Source of the DNA: Octopus bimaculoides
Lineage: Eukaryota
Direction of reading: 5' to 3'
Assembly: GCF_001194135.2 (NCBI RefSeq)
Contig: NC_069000.1
Coordinates: 41,051,175-41,091,954, forward strand
Length of the DNA: 40,780 nucleotides
How positions within the stretch are numbered: the stretch's first letter is position 1; each line of letters begins with the position of its first letter. This document shows positions 26,491 to 37,754 of this stretch, piece by piece. The position numbers and the translations under genes were made by a program. The notes below the pieces were generated by a model. That model searched no databases, was not told the origin of the DNA, and saw only the letters and a list, made by a program, of their open reading frames with translations.

Positions 26491-29360
26491 CCGCTAGCAA
26501 CACACTCAACACAGAGATAAACTCTACTAAAAGCTCTTCCAACACCACCACCTCTAGTAACACCAACGACAGAAACAGAGAAAAGTTCAACAACTCAAGT
26601 GAGAATAAATCTGCAAACACTGAGACAGCCACCACAAACACGAACAACAATAGCAACAAGCCAAGCGTTTGCGAGATCGCCTCTATGGCGAAGCAAATTA
26701 AAGAAAGGTTCAATTACATAATCGAAGATATTAAAGGCTTGAAGGAGCTATTGGCAAGAAGTGGAAACAATATCTCTCTAAATACCCGAAATGAACTAAT
26801 AAGGGATACGAATAAGAAAACCCTCATTTACAAATGTGTGACTATAAATAAAAGACTATAACAAGCAATACGGTAGCGACTTGAGCTCATTTTAAAACCG
26901 ATGTGGAATGCAAAGACATATATAAAAAGAGGAAAACGTTTCGGCACTGCGTGGATGCGTTTTGCAACAGATCAAGAAGCAAGACACCATTCCACAGTGC
27001 CACTAAGATCTCAGGATTTTTCGCTCGTACTGACGTGCCTTGGTCGGTGCGTAACGAAAGTAAAAATTGGGGAGGTGCACCCAGAGATAAATATACGCTG
27101 GGTGGTTGATAGCGGCAGTCCTACTGGACATAGACAACACCGCCAAAATACTCAAAATACTGAAGGTGCACAAGTTGCACCAACAAAACCGGTCGGGTCA
27201 GTGGATGGAGGTCTTAATTCAAGTAGAACAAGGGAACATAGAATTCAACCCCGTTTTGTTCAGCCTACTGGACGGCACAAAACTCTACGAGGCCGTAAAG
27301 CACATAAGGCCGACGTGGTGACAAAAACCACCTCAAGGACTCTTGTCCCAGACAGGGAAGGGAGGAACGGCTGGCACTTTTACTCACACCAGCTTTGGTG
27401 CAATCTCCAGCGCAGCAGCATCAGCAGGTACTCTAGCTGCAGATGTCAGTGGCCAACACAGCAAAGATACCATCAATATGACCATCTTCACCACCACTAC
27501 CAACAACAACTCAGCAAAGGTACCATCAACATCACCATCATTATCACCACTACCAACAACCACAATACTGCCCTCAGCCACCGTCGAAACACCACCAACA
27601 GCAACTACAGCAACAGCACAAAAAAACCGACCTCAATATCAGTCAGAGTACCGTCACCAGCAGTAGTAGCAGCACCAGCAGATGCAGTCCTACCAAGTGT
27701 AACACTAAGCAGTGGCCCTCAAGTTATCCCCTTCCCGACCAGGGCAACTCAGACCTTCCAAGCACTGAGGTCGAGAAGGATGAATGGCTTACAGTCCCAA
27801 GTAAAAAGTGAAGAAAGAAAACGGCAAAACCACTAGAAGAAAAAGGTGGGGGGGCACAAAGTAGCTGAATATCCCAACAGCAGCAACACCCAAACACAAC
27901 CGCCAGCAACAACAAAAAAACCTCATTCACCTGCACAACAGCCTCATCCACAAACACAGGCAAGAACACAAATCCAAACACCAGGAGATTCCACAAACAT
28001 AACCAACCTGACAGCCATAAACACAAATAACATCGAACTCATGAACCATTTAAGAGATCACACAGACACCACAATAAAAATTTTGTTTTCCCGACACACA
28101 ACACACCACCATCACATATACAATTGTTTAAAATATCACAACAGACATACAAAATTTTTATATCAAATTACCCCGGAGCTGTTGGGCAGTTTCAGAAAAA
28201 AACATTACCAAAGGGCTTTTCAAAAATCTACTTGTGAAAACACGCATCCAAGAACAGTCTAAGGAACGGCGACTACACTTGCTCTCCGTCAAGCAAACGC
28301 TGGAGGTGCCACGGCCTGAGCGCATGCTTCTTCCACAGCTCGTCTGTTTGACTTATCTGCAATAACATTCGGGCCTGGGTCTAAGGATAATTTCCAGAAA
28401 TCCCTGGCCTGGCAGTAAATCTGGGGTGCACTATCTGTTCGAGATAAACTTTACAAGCACGGAAGTGCCGTCAGCTGAACCTACCCTAGCTGCGCGCAGA
28501 GCGAAGAAACCGTTCTCTACGCACTCGTTCAGTGCCTGAGCATTGCTGACCTGTAGGTTTNNNNNNNNNNNNNNNNNNNNNNNNNNNNNNNNNNNNNNNN
28601 NNNNNNNNNNNNNNNNNNNNNNNNNNNNNNNNNNNNNNNNNNNNNNNNNNNNNNNNNNNNNNNNNNNNNNNNNNNNNNNNNNNNNNNNNNNNNNNNNNNN
28701 NNNNNNNNNNNNNNNNNNNNNNNNNNNNNNNNNNNNNNNNNNNNNNNNNNNNNNNNNNNNNNNNNNNNNNNNNNNNNNNNNNNNNNNNNNNNNNNNNNNN
28801 NNNNNNNNNNNNNNNNNNNNNNNNNNNNNNNNNNNNNNNNNNNNNNNNNNNNNNNNNNNNNNNNNNNNNNNNNNNNNNNNNNNNNNNNNNNNNNNNNNNN
28901 NNNNNNNNNNNNNNNNNNNNNNNNNNNNNNNNNNNNNNNNNNNNNNNNNNNNNNNNNNNNNNNNNNNNNNNNNNNNNNNNNNNNNNNNNNNNNNNNNNNN
29001 NNNNNNNNNNNNNNNNNNNNNNNNNNNNNNNNNNNNNNNNNNNNNNNNNNNNNNNNNNNNNNNNNNNNNNNNNNNNNNNNNNNNNNNNNGAAAGGTGGGT
29101 GAATGTTGGAAAAATGGTTAGTGTGAAAGGACCTATCTTGAGCATGCACCTGTGAAAAATAAAAAAGAATGGGTTTGTGTTTTTTCCACGAGCAATCTTT
29201 AAATCACCTCCCCTTTTTCGGAGTTTCAATTGTTTATCTTCATTATTTCTCTGTTGACACGATTTAAAAACCCTTTTTATTGTCATGTTATGTCCTTTTA
29301 CGATATTTTATGTAAGCCCTTGTGGCTGATAAAAGAATAAATTATCATTATTATTATTTA
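26491..29360 (+). mobile_element. L1/Tx1-like LINE with internal deletion, antisense in gene B intron
   Basis: ORF1-like RGKRFGTAWMRFATDQEA..KVKIGEVHPEI with S/T/N-rich linkers. zf-RVT-like ORF2 C-terminus ALSVRDKLYKHG..CAQSEETVLYALVQC at ~28430-28545. 3' end ataaaagaataa + (TTA)n at 29330-29360. No endonuclease or RT core is seen; gaps flank and interrupt the element. Confidence 0.7.
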
Positions 29361-29382
29361 CAATGGTGAAATGAATACTCAC

Positions 29383-29482
29383 GAGTTATGTACAAAAGCA
29401 TTTTCTTTTACTTCAGTTAAACCCTCTACGTTACGACACAATAGTTGAGCCATAGTCACATTTCTGATCTCTGCAAGTTGCT
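29383..29482 (-). CDS. Peroxidase-like gene B exon (EQLAEIRNVTMAQLLCRNVEGLTEVKENAFVHNS)
   Basis: Acceptor ttttcgtatttcag, donor gtgagt, 100 nt, phase 1/2; matches the family QL.EIR..tla.iiCdN motif. Confidence 0.9.
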
Positions 29483-30005
29483 CTGAAATACGAAAAAAAG
29501 AGCAAAATAAATGTTTGCAGAAATGGTCGAACATCAAACAACAAAGAACAAAAACATCAATAAACTACAGTGTATGTCACATCATTACAGAATACAACGT
29601 ATATACAAAAAGGAAACAAGAACACTTGACATGAAAGAACACTTGAAAAGGCTAGAGGCAAATTTTATTGCCGAATCACACACTCTCTCCAAACCTAATT
29701 CCTGAAATTACAATTAAAACTGTAACATCCAAACTACATTATCCTAAAATGTATATCTGTCTTATTCATTACGACAGCAACAATATCTTTTCTCATGCAC
29801 TCTGAATTCAAATCTTACCTGAATCGATTATTTCGTCCATCTAATAAAAAAGAATAGAATGCGTGTACTGGGATTGCTTCATTCAACTGCAACTCGTTAT
29901 TCTTTAAATCTGTGGTGATAATCCTTATATTGTAATTACTAATAAGTAGCATGCGACTCAATTCCATAGAAAGATATCCTTTTTCCATATTATTAAGCTA
30001 TTGGA

Positions 30006-30350
30006 ATGCGGCGAGCTTTCGGAACTTTTAGCACGCCCGGAAACAAAACTTAACAGTACCTCGTCAGTCTGAGTTCAAATTCTGCTGTAGTGGTCTTCGC
30101 ATACAACACAATGTCAACAAAAATAGTGGTTTGAGCTATTGGAACGCGGTGAGCTTTCAGAAATGTCAGCACACCGGAAAAATTGCTTAGCATTACTTAG
30201 TCCGTCTTTATGTTCTGAGCTCATATTCCATGATGGTGGACTTCGCTTTTCATCTTTTCGGGGCAAAAAATAAGTACTATGTACAAAGGTCGATGTAATC
30301 CAGTAGCGGCTTCTCCCAAAATTTCTGCACTATTGCCAAAATTCGAAAGC
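30006..30350 (+). mobile_element. Two tandem partial copies of SINE family 2
   Basis: gagctattggaatgcggcgagctttc (~29994) and gagctattggaacgcggtgagctttc (~30134) each begin a SINE body. Confidence 0.65.
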
Positions 30351-30439
30351 ATTATTAAGCTACTGGGTGGCCAGATAAATTGTTGGATTTATTGCCATTT
30401 ATTTCAATTCTTATTCTTCATCAGCAATTTTTACGAATC

Positions 30440-31020
30440 GGCCGATAATGTATTCTCCTTCATTGTTCACAGCTCCTTGCCAACGTTGCGCTGGCTTGTC
30501 AGTGCCTTGAGCAGGTGTATTTGCTGAACATAGAGTTCTGCACTGACAGTTTAGTTGCTGTGAAGCATTTTTGTGGTGGATTAGCCCTTTCCAGTCCCAC
30601 CAAACGTAGAACAAACATTTTTTTGTGCAGATGCAACTCTGGCTTGGCTCTAGTTTTGGCCTTCTTGTCGGGACTCGGACGTCCTTTCTTCTTCTTCATA
30701 TTGACAGAAAGAAATCATGTTTCATTGCTCGTGATAATACGATAAAGGAATAAGTTTGTTCGCGAGCAGCATGTTCTCAAGCGAGCTAAATGGTAAATAC
30801 AGAGGAGTGCTCTTACATGCAAGGCAGGTGTCTTCCACTCCACGTGGTTTTTGGTCAATTCTTAGTGGATTGAGACAGATCTCTTGGATGAGTTGGTCCA
30901 ATAGAACCTCACTGAACTGAACAATTCGGCTTAAAAGCTGATGTATCAGAGACATCGCGCTTCCTCTCCTTGAATCAGGGTTACCATTTTTGTTTTGTTT
31001 TGTTAACCTACGGCTGAACA
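30440..31020 (-). mobile_element. Degenerate mariner transposase
   Basis: FLYRIITSNET*FLSVNMKKKK..SPDKKAKTRAKPELH.KKM and VWWDWKGLIHH are mariner catalytic-core motifs, with frameshifts. Confidence 0.85.
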
Positions 31021-31964
31021 CAATGTCCCGAATGCCTTTGACATCTTTGGAACCAAAGTAAAGAAAAGGGGGTATCGATAAATGCTAATTCTTTCTCCTC
31101 TTGGTACTTTAACGTCATGTACTTGAAAAGAGGTAAAATTTATTCAAATTTCAAACACGATACACAAAACGTTCAGAAGACTACAGCTATAAAGACCCAT
31201 AAAACACTGATATTTTCATATTAATTCAAATAACATTGAAAACAAATGAACGAATTTATCTGACAACTCAGTATTTGCTTACTGTGTTCAAATGACCTGG
31301 GGGTGATAAAATAAGAACCAGCCATAGATCACTTTATTATGACCGACTGTCTTGAAATACGTTGTTTTCTACCTTGTGGATGGTCGATGCTTGTTATGAT
31401 TATTGTCATTTATAATGGTCGTATGTCACATCAGCTACCGAACGTTTGTTGAATTTTGTTGAAAGCAATTTAGTTATGGTTGTGAACTTCTGCTGAAACT
31501 GAGTAAAGTCATGTACCTCACTGAAAAGGCTTTGAAACTGCACCCTAAATAACGTTCATGTTTGTGTTTTTCTTTTAATTCTGTTTGAATTTTGGAGTCA
31601 GTGACGCCTAATATTAAATTCAGAGATGAGGGAAGGAGTTTCGCTTTAAGGAACATTACTTCATCCTTATCGAAAGAGGATGTGTGATGGACTGAAAGGA
31701 CAGAAGACAGATAGTCCTCTTCAGTCAACGCTTTAACTTCTATTTGGAAAAGAAGTAATGGGTTGAAAGAAATGTACTCTCCACCCCACCCCAGAAATAT
31801 TATTGAAAAGTGAATTTCGCGAGAAAGACCGAAGCAGGTGGACCGGTAGGCTGAAGAATAAGGAAGAGTAAAGTAAACTTTCCACTGTACTCATGGTCAA
31901 AAGAATGGCTCGGGATCTGGGGAAGGGAGCTGACACAATCGTTTATTCGCACTGGGAAAAGTGC

Positions 31965-32220
31965 CTGTGGCGTTTCGTCCGTCTTTACGTTCTGAATTCG
32001 AATTCCGCCCAGGAATTTCGGGGTCGATAAATAAGAACCAGTTGAACTCTGGAGTTGATGTAATAGACCTAGCCACTTCATGAACTTGCTGGCTTTGTGC
32101 CAAAATTTGAAATCATCATTTTAATTAAGGCGATGAGCTGGCAGAATCGTTAGCACGCCGGATAAAATGCTTAGCGGCATTTCGTCCGTAACTACATTCT
32201 GAGTCAAAGTTCCACCGACG
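31965..32220 (+). mobile_element. Partial SINE family 2 copies
   Basis: ggcgatgagctggcagaatcgttagcacgccggataaaatgcttagcggcatttcgtcc at 32129, and a preceding 3' part ending gtgccaaaatttgaaa. Confidence 0.7.
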
Positions 32221-32463
32221 TCGATTCTTTTGGGATTCATCCCGACAGTAATGATCTTTCCAAATTTATTTGGCGGATTAAAACGTTAGAGGAAAAGGAA
32301 ATCATTGATATTGTATACAGATGATGAAACTGAAAACTTGAATCCTGATTCTTTAATTGATGCATAAATCATCATTTTCTATGTATTTGTGCACTGTGGT
32401 AAAGCTGTAACATTATTAAATTAAAGAAAGTCAAGTAAAAATGATAAATAATTTGTAACTTAC

Positions 32464-32624
32464 CATCTGTGAATACACCGGCGTTCTCAAAATAAAGTCT
32501 GTCATTTCTTTGCAATAAATTAAAAGTATCTTCGAATAATCTTTTTAATGTTGGTCCAACCATCGCGCCAGGAACTACGTTCTCCGATAAAGCCCCAGTT
32601 AAGAATTCAATGTCGAAGATGCTT
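32464..32624 (-). CDS. Peroxidase-like gene B exon (SIFDIEFLTGALSENVVPGAMVGPTLKRLFEDTFNLLQRNDRLYFENAGVFTD)
   Basis: Acceptor tattacag, donor gtaagt, 161 nt, phase 2/1; matches the DIDL..GGL.E...G..VGPT..C....QF..L..GDRF.FEN motif. Confidence 0.92.
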
Positions 32625-33612
32625 CTGTAATACACACACGTACACACATAGTTATTATGTGTGTATGTTTGCGTTACAAACAACACTATGGTTGCATCTT
32701 ACGATTTTATCAAGTGAATGATTAATTTGGGTAAATTTAAGAACATACAATTTATGCTTGAATTATATTTGAGATGAAATAAAGGAAAGTTGACATGGAA
32801 CAAGTAAAGATTGAAGAAGTAGAGAAATGAAGGAAACAAGGATTCATTCAATCTTAATATGATGATGTCTTATTTTGAAATTGTAGCGAATTTTATTTAA
32901 AACGGATGCCGAAAGACATAAAGGGAAGACTGATGAGAATAAATACTCTTTTTCTGCAACTTTTCAAACCTCAACGACATACCCTTTACAATTTGTTTAC
33001 TTATGTATGGTTGCAACGCTCCCAGTTACAATCTTTCGAATAATCGACATTGCGAAACTGAGTATTACAATTGCAGCTGCATGTGACAAACAAGATAAAT
33101 TCTAGAATTATATTGTATGCTATTTCACATAACCTAGTTCGTTTTCGTTATTCAAATATATGACACCGGTCACAATAAGTACTTTCTCAAGAATCCTTTT
33201 CGTTTTATTTATGCGAGTTACCTTAACCATAAATGTGCTCTTATCAATATGACTAAGTGTTTTGTCTGCCGAAGGTACTATATAAAAATTGCAATGTTGT
33301 TGAAAACTTGTGATGCAGAAAGATGTATTCACAGCTATCTTCTTGACTTGAGACAGATTATCTTTCGTTAATGACATATCAATTTTGGAGTCATTCTTGA
33401 TTCTTGAGATTATATTTCCTTCTAATTTGGCGTTTAATGATTTTCCATCAAGTAATTACTCTTTGTGGAAGGAGAGATAATTTCAATGAAACAAGAATTT
33501 ATATTTTATATTGTTTAAGATATCCTTAATAAGCTCTTTTTTCTCATATTTGTTTGTGCCGCGCGTGTGTGTGTGAGAGAGAGACAGAGCGAAATAGATA
33601 AAGGGAGAGTGT

Positions 33613-33662
<50 letters not shown>

Positions 33663-34000
33663 NNNNNNNNNNAGAATGAGTTTAAGTCCTATATGGTTAT
33701 TAATACGCTGTATGATAAATGAAATAGGGCTTAATTTCCGCCTACGTTAGTCACCCACTCTTGCATATTACTGTCTATGAAGCGGGAAAGTGAAGTATAA
33801 TATAATAACCACCGCCATTTTATACCTTACCGTGCATTTGTTGGTATATGTATTAATCAAGAATTGTTGTCGTACATATATAACTGATACTAAATCGTCG
33901 CCCGACCGCCGTTGCAAGATGAAACTGTATTATACACGTAAATTTTTTTTCAGTTGGTCTAAATACTAGTTTAAATTAATGGTACCTAATTATAGTAAGG

Positions 34001-34250
34001 GTGATGTGTGAGTGTTTATGAGCGAAACACCTAAGCTCTACGCGGCTCTAGCAGAAGGTAATGGAGAACTTCTGCTGACTCTTTCGCCACAACTTTCTCT
34101 CACTCTTTCCTCCTGCAACTAGCAGCTCACCTGTGACGGACCGGTGTCCCGTCCAAGTGGGGAACTTATACGCCAACGAAACCGGAATACCAGCCCTCAT
34201 GAATCAGGCATGGCCCGAAATGGATAAAGCAACAACAAGAATTATATTAC
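34001..34250. mobile_element. ~250-bp SINE-like insertion present only in the left arm
   Basis: The right arm reads ...tatagtag|ggttggctga continuously; the left arm has 250 extra bases between these flanks. Confidence 0.75.
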
Positions 34251-34597
34251 GGTTGGCTGAATTAATTATAGTTGTGTGTATTTGGTTGGAGCATGTTTTC
34301 GTACAGGTGACATATTCAGTTTAATGAATACTCAGGTCAAATCTATTAGCATCCGATTTCAGGAAAATAATAATTATTGCTCATGTTCTAATGATCTAAA
34401 ATTCCTAACTGCAAAATCTTGTTAATTCTATTCGTAGACTTACATAATTGCTGCTGAACCACACAGGCCAGATGCAAACAGATTACTTTTCACATAAATA
34501 TAAGAAAACATTGCAACTGTCAAGTTGGATGCGGCTCAACAATATTTTGAATAGTATACAACCAATTAAAAAGTAAAATACTTTAATATCCACTCAC

Positions 34598-34798
34598 TGA
34601 TGAGTATTTGATAAGGCAATTTTCATTGAAGTATTGTGGTGAGGCAAATCGGGAATACTTGTAGGCAAATTAGCAATCGGAACTGTGAGTGCCAGCCAAA
34701 CGAAGTACGGTGGTAGTCCTAAATAACGCGTGTCTTGGGTTAAGATTGACACTATATCGGAATATTGACAATTGTTTCGATAAGCACAGGGTATTTCT
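34598..34798 (-). CDS. Peroxidase-like gene B exon (EIPCAYRNNCQYSDIVSILTQDTRYLGLPPYFVW...)
   Basis: Acceptor tttttttcag, donor gtgagt, 201 nt, phase 2/2, open frame. DIVSILTQDTRYLGLPPY aligns with DLAALNMQRSRDHGLPGY of MPO. Confidence 0.92.
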
Positions 34799-35219
34799 CT
34801 GAAAAAAAAAAGAGAATTAGATATCAGAAAAAGGAAGTAATAAACTTAAAGGTGCATAATAATTTCTATAATTAGTAATACACCAGACATTCTAGGGAGG
34901 GATATAACGATTAAATTGATCCCAGTATTTTATTGTTTCTTATTTCATCTTCCGAAATATGACAAATAAAATCTACTTTGAAAGAACGTAAAAGGCAAAC
35001 TTTTTGTCCAATGATCAAACCATATTTTCATCCAGTAATTTCATGACGATTGTATAATTCACACACGCACAAACACATGTACATATGCGTGTTTGCCTAT
35101 ATAGATACATACATCCAAAATGGTATTTATTTTACAGACACCAGTGCTATCAAAGAATTGTCTGCTCTGATGGAATTTGAATTCAGTAAGTAGAGTTATC
35201 GAACGGAATATAGACTTAC

Positions 35220-35640
35220 CTTCCGATTTTTAAACTGCAGTTTGTCAGCATTCCATTAACAATGTTTGTCATCTCGGTATTTGAGGTTAATGGTACATCG
35301 TGCACAAGAACATTCGAACCTACAGTATCTCTCAACATCGAAGCCCCAACTAATTTATAGGCAGCGGCGAAAGAATTAGAAACCATAGGCAAATTTGTGC
35401 TATTGTAAGTATGAGTACTTGTATTCAAACATTTAACTGAGGTGTTCGTACCGAGCAGCAGTGGTAAATATTCGTTGCATATAATATGCTGGAACATTGC
35501 AATTAACAACGTCCTTGCTTCATTTCGGCAATCTGTATTGTTGCAAGTTTGATTAAGTCTACCGACAAGTCTATTGTGTTCACGAAGGAAAACATGATAT
35601 AATGCCATCACTAAGGGGTTTTCCCTGATTGGCGCTGAAA
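35220..35640 (-). CDS. Peroxidase-like gene B central exon (SAPIRENPLVMALYHVFLREHNR...FAAAYKLVGASM...)
   Basis: Acceptor tattttgcag, donor gtaagt, 421 nt, phase 1/2; family hallmarks FLREHNR, EAR, Q.I..EYLP.LLG and SNxF. Confidence 0.93.
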
Positions 35641-36555
35641 CTGCAAAATATAGAAAACATGTTTTGGTTTTATTAAACGAAGAAATTTCTTAGTGGAAGG
35701 AGATATATCTGTAAAGGCAACTGGCTCAAATTTAGCATATTAATGGTTTTAAATCTGGCTTAAATATAGCAATTTCGTTGAATCGATCCTAATGCTCAAC
35801 TGTTAGTTATCTTGTCAATACCGAAAGGCGAAGTCGACTTCGGTGGCATTTGAACTCAAAGCGTAAAGAGGGGAAAATGCCCTAAGCATTTTATCTATGC
35901 AGTAATGATTCAGCCAAGTCACTGCCTTGGTCACTTTTAGCATATTAATAACTATTATTCATTAAGTAACAATCGACTGAAATGCTTGTTAACATTCAAC
36001 AAGATATAATTTCAGTTCTGCTAATGTTTGAATGAAATCAAAATTCAGAGGAGAGTATTCTATTGCCTTGGCCATCTTAACTGGTACTTCTCTTAAAACA
36101 CGAACATGATCTATGAAATTCAAATATTTTCTCTAAATCTTAACTATTTTCAGGAAAAATTATTATGATGATACACTTGGTATGTATATTTGTTGTATGA
36201 CTGAAGGAGATGAGTACAACCAAAAATACAAAATATTCTACATATAACTGCCTACATCTTCAGGGATAACTTCTACCAAATAACTATTCAGGGCATCAAT
36301 GATTTCCTTCATTAAATTACTACATTGGAATAAATTAATGATATGGGTTGGATTTCAAGACTTTTACACAATTATTATCGATTCAAGCGCAAAAAAAATT
36401 ACTTTAAATCAGAGATGATTCCGACATTAAATTTGTCTTTTTTCATCTCATATAAAAGACGTACAGTATAAATTAACAAAGTTCTGACAAACGATGCTCC
36501 CTGACAATAATTAATACAATGAAAGCTTATCCCAGAACGTAAAATTGAAAGCATA

Positions 36556-36679
36556 ACGAGTTATAACATTATATAGCTAAAGTATAGCGTTCATAGCCTC
36601 TCTCCCTTAACAGTTCCCTGTAAACTAGCGTTCTTGTTTCTAACGGTCATTTACTTAGCTATATAATGTTATAACTCGT
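36556..36679. repeat. Small fold-back element with perfect 25-bp inverted repeats
   Basis: acgagttataacattatatagctaa (36556-36580) is the exact reverse complement of 36655-36679; 74-bp spacer. Confidence 0.9.
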
Positions 36680-36691
36680 ACGCAACCTTAC

Positions 36692-36749
36692 CATTAAGCG
36701 CATGTCTTGCTTTTGTAAGTTGGTTCCCTGACGATGAATTTATGTGCAT
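36692..36749 (-). CDS. Candidate upstream exon of gene B (MHINSSSGNQLTKARHALN)
   Basis: Donor G|gtaagg is phase 1, as the 35640 exon requires, and the frame is open back to an ATG. No good acceptor and no clear family motif; speculative. Confidence 0.3.
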
Positions 36750-36845
36750 TTCCAGCACCTCTTACTTCTTTGGAGTAGAGTGCACATATATTTTGAAACA
36801 TATGTTGGAATTAAAGGAACTTATTGATCATATGCGTTTTGCTCC

Positions 36846-36884
<39 letters not shown>

Positions 36885-37710
36885 TATCTANNNNNNNNNN
36901 TATACATGAGATATGTACCGTTGAAGTTTTGTAGTACACTTATTCCAAGAACACATACATTTTATGTATCTTCCATGAAAAGATGAAAAGTGCTTGTATT
37001 TGCACTTTCAAAGGGGCTTTGTCCCGTTTTATAAACCCCATTAGGTGGGGTTAAATAGTATTGTAAGATGGTGAAATTTTGGAAGTCGTCTTTATCTAGT
37101 ACCTAGTAGTTATGTTGCCATATTCATTGAAATCGGAGGTATTTGAAATTTCACTGGGGGTGTTTTTCCCACACTGACCAAAAATACAATGCAATTTCAA
37201 CCATTCAGAAAAGACCCATTTCTCTTTTTCTTTCTTTCTTTATTTATATATTCATTTCTTCCTTTCTTTCTCTCTTTTATTCTTTTTTTCTCTCTCTCAC
37301 CAAGACTCAAAAAATTGGCCACACGCACATACTTACAAATACATACATACACACATAAGCGCAAGCTTACACACAAACACAGACATAGACACACAGAGAT
37401 TAAAAATCCCAATACAGTTCGATCTTTTTCCAGCTAACTCAGGTACATATAAAAGGTATGAATTTTCTTCAAATAAATCATTCATGATGAATCTCTCAAA
37501 AGGAGATGAATGTTGAAGATAAATACTTATCCAAAATCCTCCGTTTTCTTTATGTGTATGTGCGTGCGTTTCCCTAATGTATATATATATATTATATGTG
37601 TGTGTGTGTGNNNNNNNNNNNNNNNNNNNNNNNNNNNNNNNNNNNNNNNNNNNNNNNNNNNNNNNNNNNNNNNNNNNNNNNNNNNNNNNNNNNNNNNNNN
37701 NNNNNNNNNN

Positions 37711-37754
<44 letters not shown>

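Larger units (their letters stand above)
33673..36555 (-). repeat. Left arm of large inverted repeat (contains two gene B exons)
   Basis: Collinear reverse-complement match to 38070-40745 throughout, from the (AG)n/(CT)n tract inward to gcata/tatgt. Confidence 0.95.

Noticed and set aside
26901-28262. 311-aa, 107-aa and 138-aa ORFs as host genes
   Set aside because: Frameshifted pieces of LINE ORF1 and low-complexity linker.
31474-31936. Short minus-strand ORFs in a gene B intron
   Set aside because: No recognisable motif and not needed for the gene model (32464 splices in phase to 29482); possibly a decayed transposon.
37103-37173. Minus-strand AG..GT segment CGKNTPSEISNTSDFNEYGNITT, faintly like the N..TS..D...YG motif
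   Set aside because: Its phase cannot be linked cleanly to the 36692 candidate exon and the similarity is too weak. Kept only as a lead.
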